64,000 bases of DNA from Candidatus Woesearchaeota archaeon (GCA_043813525.1 JBDRKY010000046.1:13053-77052), one strand, 5' to 3'; shown: positions 30,851 through 40,676, counted from the stretch's first letter. Notes: a model not told the origin generated them from the letters alone. A program made the numbers and translations.

Positions 30851-32131
30851 ATGGATGAAAAAATTAAACTAGCACTAGAAAAACAAAATCCATGGTGGTT
30901 TAATAGAAGTTTTGATACAGGTGTACCTCGGTTAGAATTTTATCCTGAACTTCACAAATATCTTAAAACTCCAGAAGTTCTTCTCATTTTGGGAGCAAGA
31001 AGAACTGGAAAATCAACACTTGCATATCAACTTATAAAAACACTTTCTGTTCAGCCAGAATCTATTCTTTTCATTAACTTAGATGAACCTCTTTTTCAAA
31101 GTAAATCTGATGACCCAGAATTTCTTACATCTCTAATAGAAGAATATACAGTTGAGCAAAAAAATGTGAATAAATTTTATATATTTATAGATGAAATTCA
31201 AAATTATAGCTATTGGGTACAAACAATTAAAACATTTCATGATGTAAACAAAAATTTGAAATTTGTATTAATTGGCTCTACTTCATCCCTTCTTAAAAGT
31301 GCTATGAGTATACGTCTTTCAGGAAGATATTTTAGTACTACAATTTATCCTCTTAATTTCAAGGAGTTTTTCTTGTTTAATGATGTGAAGAAACCAACAA
31401 TTCAACAAAAAAAGCAATTGTTTGGACAATATCTCAAATTAGGAGGGTTTCCAAGAGTAGTTCTGGAGAAAGATAAACAACTTAAACAAGACATTCTTAA
31501 GAATTATTTTCAAACAATTTATCTTAAAGATATTATCTATCCACATAAATTACGCAATAATAAAGATGTCTTTGATTTGTTATATTTTGCAATTTCTAAT
31601 ATAGGAAAACCTTTGTCATATAGAAAAATTGCTCAATTATTAAACATCTCTTTAGATACAGTCAAAGAATATCTTTTATATGCTGAAGAATCATATCTAC
31701 TTTTTCTAGTCAGAAAATATGATCCATCTGTTAAGAAGCAATTAGTAAACCCACAAAAAGTATATTGTATAGACACTGGACTTATTAACGCAGTATCTTT
31801 TAAATTTTCTGAGAATAAAGGCAGAATTTTAGAAAACTTAGTCTTTATGGCTTTGCAAAAAAACTATGATGAAATTTTTTATCACAAAGATAAGTCTGAA
31901 TGCGACTTCCTAATAAAGAAAGGTGCAAAAATAATAACTGCAATTCAAGTTAGTCTTACACTTAAAGATCCTGACACACGAAAAAGAGAATTAAAAGGTA
32001 TTCTTGAAGCAATTCATACCCATAAACTCAAGGAAGGTATTATTCTTACAGAAAAAGAAGAAGAAACTATAATTAATGAAAACAAGAAAATTTATGTAAA
32101 ACCTGTATACAAATGGCTCGAAGAATTTTGA
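30851..32131 (+). CDS. AAA+ family ATPase (COG1373/DUF4143-type)
   Basis: 426 aa. Walker A ILGARRTGKSTLAYQ, Walker B FIFIDEIQ, and a C-terminal DUF4143-like region. Confidence 0.7.
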   Translation: MDEKIKLALEKQNPWWFNRSFDTGVPRLEFYPELHKYLKTPEVLLILGARRTGKSTLAYQLIKTLSVQPESILFINLDEPLFQSKSDDPEFLTSLIEEYTVEQKNVNKFYIFIDEIQNYSYWVQTIKTFHDVNKNLKFVLIGSTSSLLKSAMSIRLSGRYFSTTIYPLNFKEFFLFNDVKKPTIQQKKQLFGQYLKLGGFPRVVLEKDKQLKQDILKNYFQTIYLKDIIYPHKLRNNKDVFDLLYFAISNIGKPLSYRKIAQLLNISLDTVKEYLLYAEESYLLFLVRKYDPSVKKQLVNPQKVYCIDTGLINAVSFKFSENKGRILENLVFMALQKNYDEIFYHKDKSECDFLIKKGAKIITAIQVSLTLKDPDTRKRELKGILEAIHTHKLKEGIILTEKEEETIINENKKIYVKPVYKWLEEF

Positions 32132-32191
32132 TCAGTTAAGATTACACTTCCAAACATGATGTAATCATGTTTTAACAAGAATTGGCTGTTT

Positions 32192-32677
32192 TTGACGCAC
32201 CAGATTCACTTTATGGGTGTTAAACCACTAACTCCTGCAAAACTCAAAAAAGAACATGATTCCCTGCCAAGAAATCATCTTATTGCTAACAACTTCTTTC
32301 TGATAAGAAATATTGAACAGTGGGGAGAGGGAACTAATAAGATCGTCAAGTGGAGTGTAAATCATGGTCTTAAAGAGCCAGATTTCAAAGAAATTGGTGG
32401 AGGATTTATGGTTGTGTTCTATGCTCCGAAAGATATCCTTGCTTTAATCCCAGAAAAAGGAAAAACTGATCTTAAGGAAATGGGATTAAATGAAAGACAA
32501 ATAGAAGGTTTGAGACTGATGATTAATCGGGGAGAAAAGCTTACAATCCAAGAATATGCTATGAAATTTGATGTTAGCAGTAAGACTGCAAAACGAGATA
32601 TTAAAGAATTAGTTGAAACTGGCTACATTAAGAAAGTTGGAGTAAAAAAGGGTGCTTTCTTTGAGGCATGTCCCTAA
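32192..32677 (+). CDS. C-terminal fragment of an AlbA_2/HATPase_c_4/HTH-type putative transcription regulator (N-terminally truncated)
   Basis: 161 aa that begins mid-domain. GGGFMVVFYAP...IQEYAMKFDVSSKTAKRDIKELVETGYIKKVG is the C-terminal HTH part of the COG2865 family. It is likely a remnant. Confidence 0.4.
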   Translation: MTHQIHFMGVKPLTPAKLKKEHDSLPRNHLIANNFFLIRNIEQWGEGTNKIVKWSVNHGLKEPDFKEIGGGFMVVFYAPKDILALIPEKGKTDLKEMGLNERQIEGLRLMINRGEKLTIQEYAMKFDVSSKTAKRDIKELVETGYIKKVGVKKGAFFEACP

Positions 32678-32713
32678 AAACTAAATTATGTCCCTAAAAA
32701 TGTCCCTAAAAAA
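32668..32713. repeat. three direct copies of (A)TGTCCCTAAAAA spanning the stop codon of the preceding ORF
   Basis: ATGTCCCTAAAAA at 32668, again at 32688, and TGTCCCTAAAAAA at 32701. Confidence 0.6.
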
Positions 32714-32714
32714 A

Positions 32715-32948
32715 TTACTTCCTAAACACCATTTTAGACAGCGTATCTCCAAACGCGTACAAAACAATAGCTAATCCTAGAGAACCAAGACCAACAATCA
32801 TTAAAACAGAGATTTTCAACAAAAAGCCGCAAATTAAGAAAACTAAAGCTAGAAAGCCTATAACATAGCTTGGAAGCCGATACCTTTCTTCTCGGCTGTA
32901 TACTCTTCTTTGATTTGTTTTCTTGTTTTGGCCATTACTTACCTCCAA
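32715..32948 (-). CDS. small membrane protein (two TM helices)
   Basis: 77 aa. A basic N-terminus followed by two hydrophobic helices. Confidence 0.35.
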   Translation of the reverse strand: MEVSNGQNKKTNQRRVYSREERYRLPSYVIGFLALVFLICGFLLKISVLMIVGLGSLGLAIVLYAFGDTLSKMVFRK

Positions 32949-33429
32949 GGGTCTTCATAGCTTTAATATTTTTCGAAAATAAAGGGATTTCCTTATTTTC
33001 AAGCTTAGGGAAGATTTTCTCGATTTTCTCAAAAGTTTCGATGAAATCGTATACTCTCTTTGTTTCATCGAGTAAATGGTAATTTTGCAGTTCAAACCTT
33101 TGAATTAAGCGCACATAGTCGTCGAGAGAAAGCATTTGAACAATAATCTCATAGAGTTTCTGATCTTTAGATTCTGCAAAACTTAAGAAAAATGGAAGTT
33201 GCAAAACAAAGCCAATATCCAAATCTGTAGCCTTTTTCTCATTTTTTTCAGTAATTGAGAGGAAAATGTCTAAATTAAGGTAAACTTTCTGAGTATAGTC
33301 AGATAATGTGAGATAGAAATATTCTAAAGCTTGTTTGAAAGAATTTGTTAGTTTTGTGTTTTTACCCATATTGTTGATAATCTCTTTAATTAGCTTAGGA
33401 TTAGCTTGAAACTGCTTTCCTTTCCTCAC
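32935..33429 (-). CDS. hypothetical protein
   Basis: 164-aa ORF. No motif recognised. Confidence 0.4.
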   Translation of the reverse strand: MRKGKQFQANPKLIKEIINNMGKNTKLTNSFKQALEYFYLTLSDYTQKVYLNLDIFLSITEKNEKKATDLDIGFVLQLPFFLSFAESKDQKLYEIIVQMLSLDDYVRLIQRFELQNYHLLDETKRVYDFIETFEKIEKIFPKLENKEIPLFSKNIKAMKTLGGK

Positions 33430-33504
33430 AATTCGCCCATTTTTTACTGATTCCTCTATTTCTTTCTACATAATATTAGCTGGCAAAGAGGCTGCATCAA
33501 CATC

Positions 33505-33990
33505 GTTGGTAAAGGAAATAAACGTCGTGTAATTCCTATGAGTCCTTTAGTTAGGAATTTACTGCGAGACTTATTCTCACGACAGGACAGATTTCCTATA
33601 GCCATACGAACAATACAAAAGTACATTAGAGAAGTAGCTGAAAGAGCAAGAATAATGAAGCCAGTAAGTCCGCATGTATTAAGGCAAGGGTTTGAATATG
33701 TGCGAGTAAATGACTTAGATGGACATCAGCGAGGAGGATTTTACATTAAAAAAGAAAATTCGCAAGAATCAAATACTCATTTTGTACTAAAGCATTTGTT
33801 TACAGAATTGCATGACAATATTTATGTTGAGCAAGTATTTGGCGATAGAAGAGTAGACGCTGTGTTTTTGCTTGAAGGCTTCAAATTAGGTATTGAAATT
33901 GAAACAGGAGCAAACAGAGAAGATTATTTAGCAGATAAGATAAAGTGGTTAGATAAGAATTTTGACAGTTGGATTTTTGTCTGTCCTTAA
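33505..33990 (+). pseudogene. tyrosine recombinase (XerC/D-like integrase) C-terminal catalytic-domain fragment, N-terminally truncated
   Basis: The reading frame opens after stop codons at about 33430-33500. It reads IVGKGNKRRVIPMSPLVRNLLRDL...SPHVLRQGF, the integrase box motifs (KGxK.R.VPL, HxLRH). There is no N-terminal core-binding domain. The C-terminal 80 aa (VDAVFLLEGFKLGIEIETG) look like an unrelated PD-(D/E)xK-like segment. Confidence 0.5.
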
Positions 33991-34273
33991 AAGTTGGTTC
34001 CAAAGTATATGAAATATGTTGATAACAAAAAAAGCTACTGTGCAAACCCTAAATAAGCCAAGAAATTAGTTTTGGAGTTCATACCTCCGGAAGAACTACG
34101 AAACGATTTCGGCGAGATGGCTTAAGAGCTAGGAATTTAGGGGTTTGGTAGCTTTTGGACAGCTGAGTTATATAGGATATATTACGGAAATATTAACCTA
34201 TATTTTGTGACGGAAAGAGGGCTTCTTAAAACCACTAAATAGTGACAACAAAACCATAAACTTTATAAATGAG

Positions 34274-35776
34274 TTGGCAAATACTAGCCTTAGAATGGTT
34301 TTATTTCCCATAGATGAAGGTTCAGTAAGAAGAGAGACTAATTTTTTTAGTTATGTTAATAGATTTACAACTGTTCTTGAAGAAGTTCTTAGAGACATTC
34401 GTACTGTTGTTAAAAGTTATGACGAATTTCCTACTTTAGATAATCCTGAAGATATGATTCGTCCAGATTTAGTTCAAGGCTGGGAAGATCTTTTTGGCAA
34501 TGAGAGAAGAACAATTAGCACTGTTGCAACTGTTCTTAGTGGATATCTGAAAAGAATAAACCCAGATGATGATAATTCTGGAGATCCAATTATTGATGAA
34601 GTTTCTCGTTTAGAACCCGACACTTATGTTTGGCAGATAAGATATGGTAATCAAAAAAAGAGAGCCATCGATGAAGCTGCCAAGGGTTTAGAAGCTAAAT
34701 TAGTTGATAGAATCAGAACTGCAGCTTTTGAATTGTCTCTTGAATATGCTGATAACATTGGACGAGATTTAAGTCCTCCAGAATACGCAAGTTTAGTTCG
34801 TGAAACTCCTATTCTAAGAGTTAATGGAAATGTTGTGGGTGTTGCTCATAAGTGGCGCTCTGATATGTATAGAAAAATTGGAGTTGCTCAAGGTATTGAT
34901 CCAGCATTGTTATATGAATTAGCGTTTAAGACTGTTGTTAAGGCTAAAGGCTGGGATTCATTAGGAGATAAACAATTAATTGAAGCACTTGAAGGAGAAG
35001 GTGTGCCAGTAAAGATGTTTACTCGCTACACAGGAAGAAATATTCAAACAGAAGAGCCTATAACACAAATAAGAGTAGATTCAACTGAGCCAGATTTGGA
35101 TAAGGATTTTAATTCTGAAGGAAGCCATAATTTCGAAGGGCAAAGTGTTCATTATATCATTTTGCCAACAAAATCAACTTATGCTCAAGCTACTAGTGCC
35201 TTAGTTACAGCTTGCCAAGAAGATAGGTTATCAGCACAACCTACTGCTTTTGGAAAACCTAGAGGTTTAACCTTCTTAGAACTTTATGTCGCTAGAAAGA
35301 TGAATGAAGATTTATGGAATACTTCCTTTGATACTTGCATGGGCATTGCCTACTCAAAAGACGATAATCTTAGATTTAAAGTAAGTCCAGTTTGTAAAGA
35401 ATTAATAGAAATTCCAGCAGATTATAATATTGCTGGACTGCCTGTTGTTTATGCTGATTTTGATGGTGTCGAGTTAGACAGAAGTGAGGGAACTTTTAAC
35501 ACTTTATTTACTTCCAGAGATCAATTAATGGCAAGTCAATTTTATGATATCGCTTTTGAGGGAAACAGTGCTATAAAAGAGTATGCAGCTAAAAAAATGT
35601 TTGATAATTTCGAATATAGAAATGCTTTTGGTATTTGGTTATTAAACTTTGTAAATGAAGACCAAATAAGGGGCATCTGGGTTTACGATCGTGACGACGG
35701 CTCTAGTGCTGGTGGCAACCTTAACCTTCTCAACTATAGCCGTTTCCTTCGAGTAGCCCACCTTGAGACGCCGTAG
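34274..35776 (+). CDS. DGR target protein (variable protein) with C-terminal variable repeat. The start codon is uncertain: TTG at 34274 or ATG about 21 nt downstream.
   Basis: 500-aa ORF, GC-shifted. The last approximately 30 codons (RGIWVYDRDDGSSAGGNLNLLNYSRFLRVAHLETP) are the VR. The corresponding TR encodes an Asn-rich AAC/AAT array (NNHNNNSNANGNNNLNNNS). The C-terminal region is plausibly a C-type-lectin/FGE-like ligand-binding fold, as in other DGR targets, but this is inferred. Confidence 0.75.
   Translation: MANTSLRMVLFPIDEGSVRRETNFFSYVNRFTTVLEEVLRDIRTVVKSYDEFPTLDNPEDMIRPDLVQGWEDLFGNERRTISTVATVLSGYLKRINPDDDNSGDPIIDEVSRLEPDTYVWQIRYGNQKKRAIDEAAKGLEAKLVDRIRTAAFELSLEYADNIGRDLSPPEYASLVRETPILRVNGNVVGVAHKWRSDMYRKIGVAQGIDPALLYELAFKTVVKAKGWDSLGDKQLIEALEGEGVPVKMFTRYTGRNIQTEEPITQIRVDSTEPDLDKDFNSEGSHNFEGQSVHYIILPTKSTYAQATSALVTACQEDRLSAQPTAFGKPRGLTFLELYVARKMNEDLWNTSFDTCMGIAYSKDDNLRFKVSPVCKELIEIPADYNIAGLPVVYADFDGVELDRSEGTFNTLFTSRDQLMASQFYDIAFEGNSAIKEYAAKKMFDNFEYRNAFGIWLLNFVNEDQIRGIWVYDRDDGSSAGGNLNLLNYSRFLRVAHLETP
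35670..35758 (+). repeat. DGR variable repeat (VR), about 89 bp, at the 3' end of the target gene
   Basis: It aligns base-for-base with 35999-36087. About 16 mismatches all fall where the TR has A (VR has T/G/C). The 3' edge (IMH-like, CGAGTAGCCCACC) differs from the TR at two T-to-C positions. A short hairpin ACGCC-GTA-GGCGT (35768-35780) spans the stop codon. Confidence 0.85.
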
Positions 35777-35998
35777 GCGTGCAAAAAATATTAGAGAATT
35801 AAAAAGCGAAAACTATTTATTCCAGTATTAATTCAAATTTCCTGACTTAGAGTTTTTATTCATCTGAGTAAAAGTTTTAGGTCGTGGGCTACACGTCCTT
35901 TCACTAAGGCTTGCAAGAGTCATGAAATTCAATCACAACAGCAATGAAGTGATGGTGAACAAACACTATGTGTTTAATGGGTGAGGGGGCTACATGAA

Positions 35999-36087
35999 GG
36001 GGCATCTGGGTTAACAATCATAACAACAACTCTAATGCTAATGGCAACAATAACCTTAACAACAATAGCCGTTTCCTTCGAATAGCT
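35999..36087 (+). repeat. DGR template repeat (TR), about 89 bp, immediately upstream of the RT gene
   Basis: GGGGCATCTGGGTTAACAATCATAACAACAACTCTAATGCTAATGGCAACAATAACCTTAACAACAATAGCCGTTTCCTTCGAATAGC is adenine-rich with AAC/AAT codons in the VR frame. It ends 9 nt before the RT start codon. Confidence 0.85.
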
Positions 36088-36096
36088 CATATTATT

Positions 36097-37179
36097 ATGA
36101 ATTATCAAGAATTGTGTTCTTACCAAAACTTAGAGTTGGCTTTCAAGAAAGCGAGAAAAGGAAAAACAACAAAGGATTATGTCATTGCTTTTGAGAAAGA
36201 CATGAAAGAAAATCTAACTAACCTTCGTTATGAACTTCTTTTACATAGTTATCGACCAAAACCACTAGAAATATTTATTATTAGAGATCCAAAAACAAGA
36301 ACGATTAGCAAGTCAGATTTTAGAGATAGAGTTGTTCATCACGCCCTATGTAATGTTATTGCTCCAACATTTGAAAAACATTTTATCCATGACTCTTATG
36401 CCAACCAAGTTGGAAAGGGAGCATTGAAAGCAATTTCTCGTTTTGATGAGTTTACAAGAATAGCCTCCAACAATTACACTAAGAAGATATTTGTTCTAAA
36501 GGCTGACATAAGAAAATATTTTGAGAATGTCAACCACAACGTCTTATTAGAATTATTACAAGCGCAGATTAAAGACAAGAAGATATTATGGTTAATCAAA
36601 CTAATATTATCAAACCATGCAACAAAAGTATCAAACAAAGGAATGCCTTTAGGTAATCTAACTTCACAATTCTTTGCCAATGTTTATTTACATGAGTTAG
36701 ACTTGTTTGTTAAGCATATTATCAAAGCGAAATATTACATTCGTTACGTGGATGACTTTATTATCATCAATAAAAGTAAGAACAAACTGAAACAATTCAA
36801 GAAGGAAATTAACAAATTTCTTTTAGAAAAATTAGATTTAGAACTGCACCCAGAAAAATCGAGAATTATTCAACTACAAAAGGGGATTAATTTCTTAGGA
36901 TTTAGAATATTTCCACAATACAAACTACTTGTAAAAAAGAATTTGCGGAAATTTAAAGCAAAACTAAATAATTACTCTGAAAATTTCCCAAAGGGTTGTT
37001 CAGATTACGACAAAATCTATGATTTCTTAGAAGGTTGGACTGCTTATGCTAAATATGCTAGCACCTACAAGCTAAGAAAAGAAATATTCCAAAGTATTGA
37101 ACCAGTCTTTGAAAACCAAATGTCAACCAAAGAAATCAACAGATACCTCAAAACAATCAAGAATCATAAGAAATCTTGA
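36097..37179 (+). CDS. diversity-generating retroelement reverse transcriptase (DGR RT)
   Basis: 360 aa. RT domains 1-7 with the catalytic YVDDFII. Motif 4 is MPLGNLTSQFFANVYL, the DGR-type (I/L)GxxxSQ rather than the group II QGxxxSP. There is no maturase/X or En domain. The TR is directly upstream. Confidence 0.85.
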   Translation: MNYQELCSYQNLELAFKKARKGKTTKDYVIAFEKDMKENLTNLRYELLLHSYRPKPLEIFIIRDPKTRTISKSDFRDRVVHHALCNVIAPTFEKHFIHDSYANQVGKGALKAISRFDEFTRIASNNYTKKIFVLKADIRKYFENVNHNVLLELLQAQIKDKKILWLIKLILSNHATKVSNKGMPLGNLTSQFFANVYLHELDLFVKHIIKAKYYIRYVDDFIIINKSKNKLKQFKKEINKFLLEKLDLELHPEKSRIIQLQKGINFLGFRIFPQYKLLVKKNLRKFKAKLNNYSENFPKGCSDYDKIYDFLEGWTAYAKYASTYKLRKEIFQSIEPVFENQMSTKEINRYLKTIKNHKKS

Positions 37180-37436
37180 CGCACAAATACACAAAACAGC
37201 AGCAAGCTTTTTATATCAGTAAGTCTTCTATCACGATAAGTTGGCGTTTACAGCCAAATACCAAAAGTGAGCTGAGATAAGAAAATTTGATGCGCAATAA
37301 GCAAGAAGGCGTTTTGCGCAAGAGGCTTTGAAAGCCACAAATTCTTAGCGCAGAAGTAATTACTAGAGAAAAGTAACAAATGTGCAAACATTTACCAATT
37401 CTCGTCGAAAACCTTAAGATAAACATTTATAGCCAA

Positions 37437-37456
37437 AGTTTGACAGTTGTCAAACT
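37437..37456. repeat. partial copy of intergenic palindrome AGTTTGACAGTTGTCAAACT
   Basis: It matches the first hairpin of the elements at 15278 and 47354, and lies in the 370-bp non-coding region downstream of the RT. Confidence 0.5.
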
Positions 37457-37555
37457 GAAGTTATAATCAAATTTCTAAAAAAACCATCCTATTAAAGCTT
37501 TAGGACTCTCTTCTTTCATTAATCTATTATATAATTCAGCTAATCTTTTAATAGA

Positions 37556-38332
37556 TTAATGCCCTTTTGACTCTTCTGCCATTGCCAGAAAATATTTCAA
37601 TGTAATTCTGTATTGTTCTTGTATCTCTTTATTATCAAGACAAACAAGTTTACTGTTTCTTATTACAGATCCGCTTAATTGTGAACAGTGATATTGTTTT
37701 ACTGGGCTGCTTTCTTTTAATCCTATCATACTGCCAACATTGCTTGATCCGTATTCATCTTTGTCTGGCTCGATTTTTCCATTGATATATCTCTCAACAA
37801 AGTTTGCCTCTTCCAGAACTCTGTAAAATTCTTCAGTATCTGTTGTAGGGCTCTCTCTTTTTTCTCCAGCATCATGTTCTTTTTCAGATTCCATATCTCC
37901 AATAACCTCATAGACTAAAGCAAAGCTTTTTATTCTTCCGTTAGTGTGCATATCTAATGTTGCATGATAGACTTCACTTGTTGTGCATGCATCAAAACTT
38001 ACAGTGTAAGAATAAGTTATTATTTCTCTTCCATTTATTGATTTTCCTTTATACTCTCGTCCATATTTTCTGACTAATGCAATAGCTCTTTGAACCAGAT
38101 CTTTAGCTGAATGTTGCTGTTCATCTAAGTTATCTTTTGGTAATCTTGTTTCTTGTTCTTCAGGCAGTCTTATGTGCTGTTCTGTAGGTGTTGTTATTTG
38201 TTGGTCAGGCGGCTCATTTTGTTCTTGCGCATATGCATTTGCAATAAACTCTAATCCATTCTCTATCACTCTTGGTATTGATAAAAATGCAAATCCTGCA
38301 ATTACTCCTTCTAATAATCTTCGTCTTTTCAT
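37556..38332 (-). CDS. hypothetical secreted/membrane-anchored protein
   Basis: 258 aa with an N-terminal signal-anchor-like hydrophobic segment (LLEGVIAGFAFLSIP). Confidence 0.45.
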   Translation of the reverse strand: MKRRRLLEGVIAGFAFLSIPRVIENGLEFIANAYAQEQNEPPDQQITTPTEQHIRLPEEQETRLPKDNLDEQQHSAKDLVQRAIALVRKYGREYKGKSINGREIITYSYTVSFDACTTSEVYHATLDMHTNGRIKSFALVYEVIGDMESEKEHDAGEKRESPTTDTEEFYRVLEEANFVERYINGKIEPDKDEYGSSNVGSMIGLKESSPVKQYHCSQLSGSVIRNSKLVCLDNKEIQEQYRITLKYFLAMAEESKGH

Positions 38333-38502
38333 ATCTCTATATAATACATCCTTATATAAATATGTTTTTATAGACGATAAATTTATCTATATATTATTCG
38401 GAAATATTGATATTAAGAACGAAAAAACATAATGTTAATCAACTTGTTTTGTACTTTTATTGATTATTTATAATTTTCAATTCATAATATCTGAATGCTT
38501 TA

Positions 38503-39660
38503 TTATTTATCATATTCGCAGCTTTTTGGGAGTATTAATACTAATCTCGGATGGCTTGGTTTTTGTTTTTGCTCTTCTGCAATATTTCCATAGTCTACAA
38601 TATGTGCAGCACCTATCACAACTGCCATATTACCAACATAATTATTATTATTACCTGCATAACCATTATCACTTGCATAACCATTAATACCTTTAGCTAA
38701 TCTGTCAGATATAGTTAATGTATTGTTATAGCTTTCCCAGCTTCTTTTTTTATTTCTTTGATTTTCTTTTTCTATTAATCCTATCGCTTCTTGAAGTTCA
38801 CTTTCACTCATGTTTTCCGTGTCTTTGGCTATTTTAACTAATCTTTTATAACCTCTTTGCTGTTCTGGGCTTTGGTTTTCCCAGCCATATATTTTTATAC
38901 CTTTTAAATAACATAATATATGGAATAGATCAGTATGTGATTTAGGGAGAACTATCCTGAGTTCATCGTCATTTAACCCAAGCATTAATCTCCTGTCCTG
39001 TTCAGAAACTTCTGTATTTGCTTTTTCTGATATATCACTTTCAGCCATCATAAACCCTTCTAATGTCACTGCATCTATTATTCCTTTCCCATGTATTTCT
39101 CTTATTTCTCTGTATAATTGTATCTGGCATTCAAGTGAGCCTTTCTCATAAATAATCTCATCTTTATCACTTTTTGACATAGTGTCTGGATGATACTGTA
39201 GAAATACATAGATTGTTCTTTGATCATTTTTGTGTTCTAATAATACCTGATATTCTCCATTAAGATTTCTAAGATAAGATTCAGCTGATTTAGCTCTTTG
39301 TTCTATTGTATCTGCTGTTAAATCTTTTTTTTCTGTAATCCCTATAATCCCTACATTCTTTATTTCTGTAGCTTTTTTTCCTGCAGTATTTGTTCCTGTA
39401 TATTCTGAATATTCAAGCTCAGTATCAACATGAGCAATACGATCTTCTGTTGTGTCACCAGAATCATAATTATTTCCTAATGCAAAATAAGCAGCAATCC
39501 CGCCAAATAATAAGGCTCCTGCTCCTAAAATTGGTTTCCAATATCTTTTTACATTTGCCAAAAAACCTATATATTTAGATGCAGAACTATTTCTTTTTTT
39601 CATATCTTTAGTTCTTTTTGGCTTTCTATAGTGTTTCTTTCTACTATTGGCTTTTCCCAT
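38503..39660 (-). CDS. hypothetical membrane-anchored protein
   Basis: 385 aa with a basic N-terminus, one TM helix (ILGAGALLFGGIAAYFAL) and a long extracytoplasmic domain. Confidence 0.45.
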   Translation of the reverse strand: MGKANSRKKHYRKPKRTKDMKKRNSSASKYIGFLANVKRYWKPILGAGALLFGGIAAYFALGNNYDSGDTTEDRIAHVDTELEYSEYTGTNTAGKKATEIKNVGIIGITEKKDLTADTIEQRAKSAESYLRNLNGEYQVLLEHKNDQRTIYVFLQYHPDTMSKSDKDEIIYEKGSLECQIQLYREIREIHGKGIIDAVTLEGFMMAESDISEKANTEVSEQDRRLMLGLNDDELRIVLPKSHTDLFHILCYLKGIKIYGWENQSPEQQRGYKRLVKIAKDTENMSESELQEAIGLIEKENQRNKKRSWESYNNTLTISDRLAKGINGYASDNGYAGNNNNYVGNMAVVIGAAHIVDYGNIAEEQKQKPSHPRLVLILPKSCEYDK

Positions 39661-39770
39661 TTTATTAATATTGATATTTAATGATTATTTATAAATTTAA
39701 TCATATTTAATACTAATAAGTAGTAACAAAATCGAAAACTTTATAAATAATAGGTTTTCAGGAGTATTAT

Positions 39771-40676
39771 ATGGCAAAAAATGATGGTTTAGAGGGTTAT
39801 TATAATATCGTCAATACAACTATTGCTCTTGATTATCTTCTTGATAATAAATATAGTAATGATGCTCGTATATTTGAAAGTGATAAAGAAGATTTTTATG
39901 CTATTGGATTGGAACATGTAAAGATTGGCAGAAAAACATTAGCAGAACTCCTTGGGATTGAAACAGACAGGCTTACAGACCTAACTCCTGAAGCAGAAAC
40001 TATCCATCAAGAAGCACATCAACTGGTTGAATCTTTCTTAGGCAGAAGCTTTGCTCAAAGAGAGGTATATGCAATCAGTGGCTTAAACATTGTAGGTGCT
40101 TCATTCCCAATTTTACCTGTAATTTTGATTGATTCAGATATTACAGGATTAAAGCCTGATTATTCTGATTATCTTGTTTTTGCTGTAGATAATAAGGAAA
40201 TAACTGGTAAATTATTGAAACCTAATGATTATTTAATGTCTATTTTATGCCATGAATATGGGCATCAGGTTTTTAGTGAATGTTATAAGCAAGAAATTGA
40301 ACACTTAATTTCAAGATATTTGCCAAGTTTAAACAGCTTGTCTGACTCAAATCAAGATGAACCAGAATTACGGGCAAGACTATCTATTGATGAAGCATTT
40401 GCATTTTGGTTTGGTGAAGAAGTTTATGGTGTGAGTCATTTATCTGAAGCTCTTGCAAATATATATGAAAAAAGATTAGATAGCAGGCTTATGAAACATA
40501 TATATTCTGTTCTAAAAACAAAATCTAAACAACATGGAAAACAATATGTTCTTGATAATTTTGTTGATATTGTATCTGATAACATAGATAATATATTGCC
40601 TGTTAGGCTTAGAGCAACTTGTCTTGCTGTATTGTTGAATGATGATTCATCAATTTATACTGGTCAAATTAAGTAA
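39771..40676 (+). CDS. putative zinc metallopeptidase (HExxH motif)
   Basis: 301 aa with LCHEYGHQVF (HExxH) near residue 160. No other family assignment. Confidence 0.45.
   Translation: MAKNDGLEGYYNIVNTTIALDYLLDNKYSNDARIFESDKEDFYAIGLEHVKIGRKTLAELLGIETDRLTDLTPEAETIHQEAHQLVESFLGRSFAQREVYAISGLNIVGASFPILPVILIDSDITGLKPDYSDYLVFAVDNKEITGKLLKPNDYLMSILCHEYGHQVFSECYKQEIEHLISRYLPSLNSLSDSNQDEPELRARLSIDEAFAFWFGEEVYGVSHLSEALANIYEKRLDSRLMKHIYSVLKTKSKQHGKQYVLDNFVDIVSDNIDNILPVRLRATCLAVLLNDDSSIYTGQIK

Noticed and set aside
36097-37179. RT as a group II intron-encoded protein or retron RT
   Set aside because: There is no X/maturase or endonuclease domain and no flanking intron RNA domain V-like structure. Motif 4 is LGNLTSQ, the DGR type. 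An adenine-specific TR/VR pair lies immediately adjacent.
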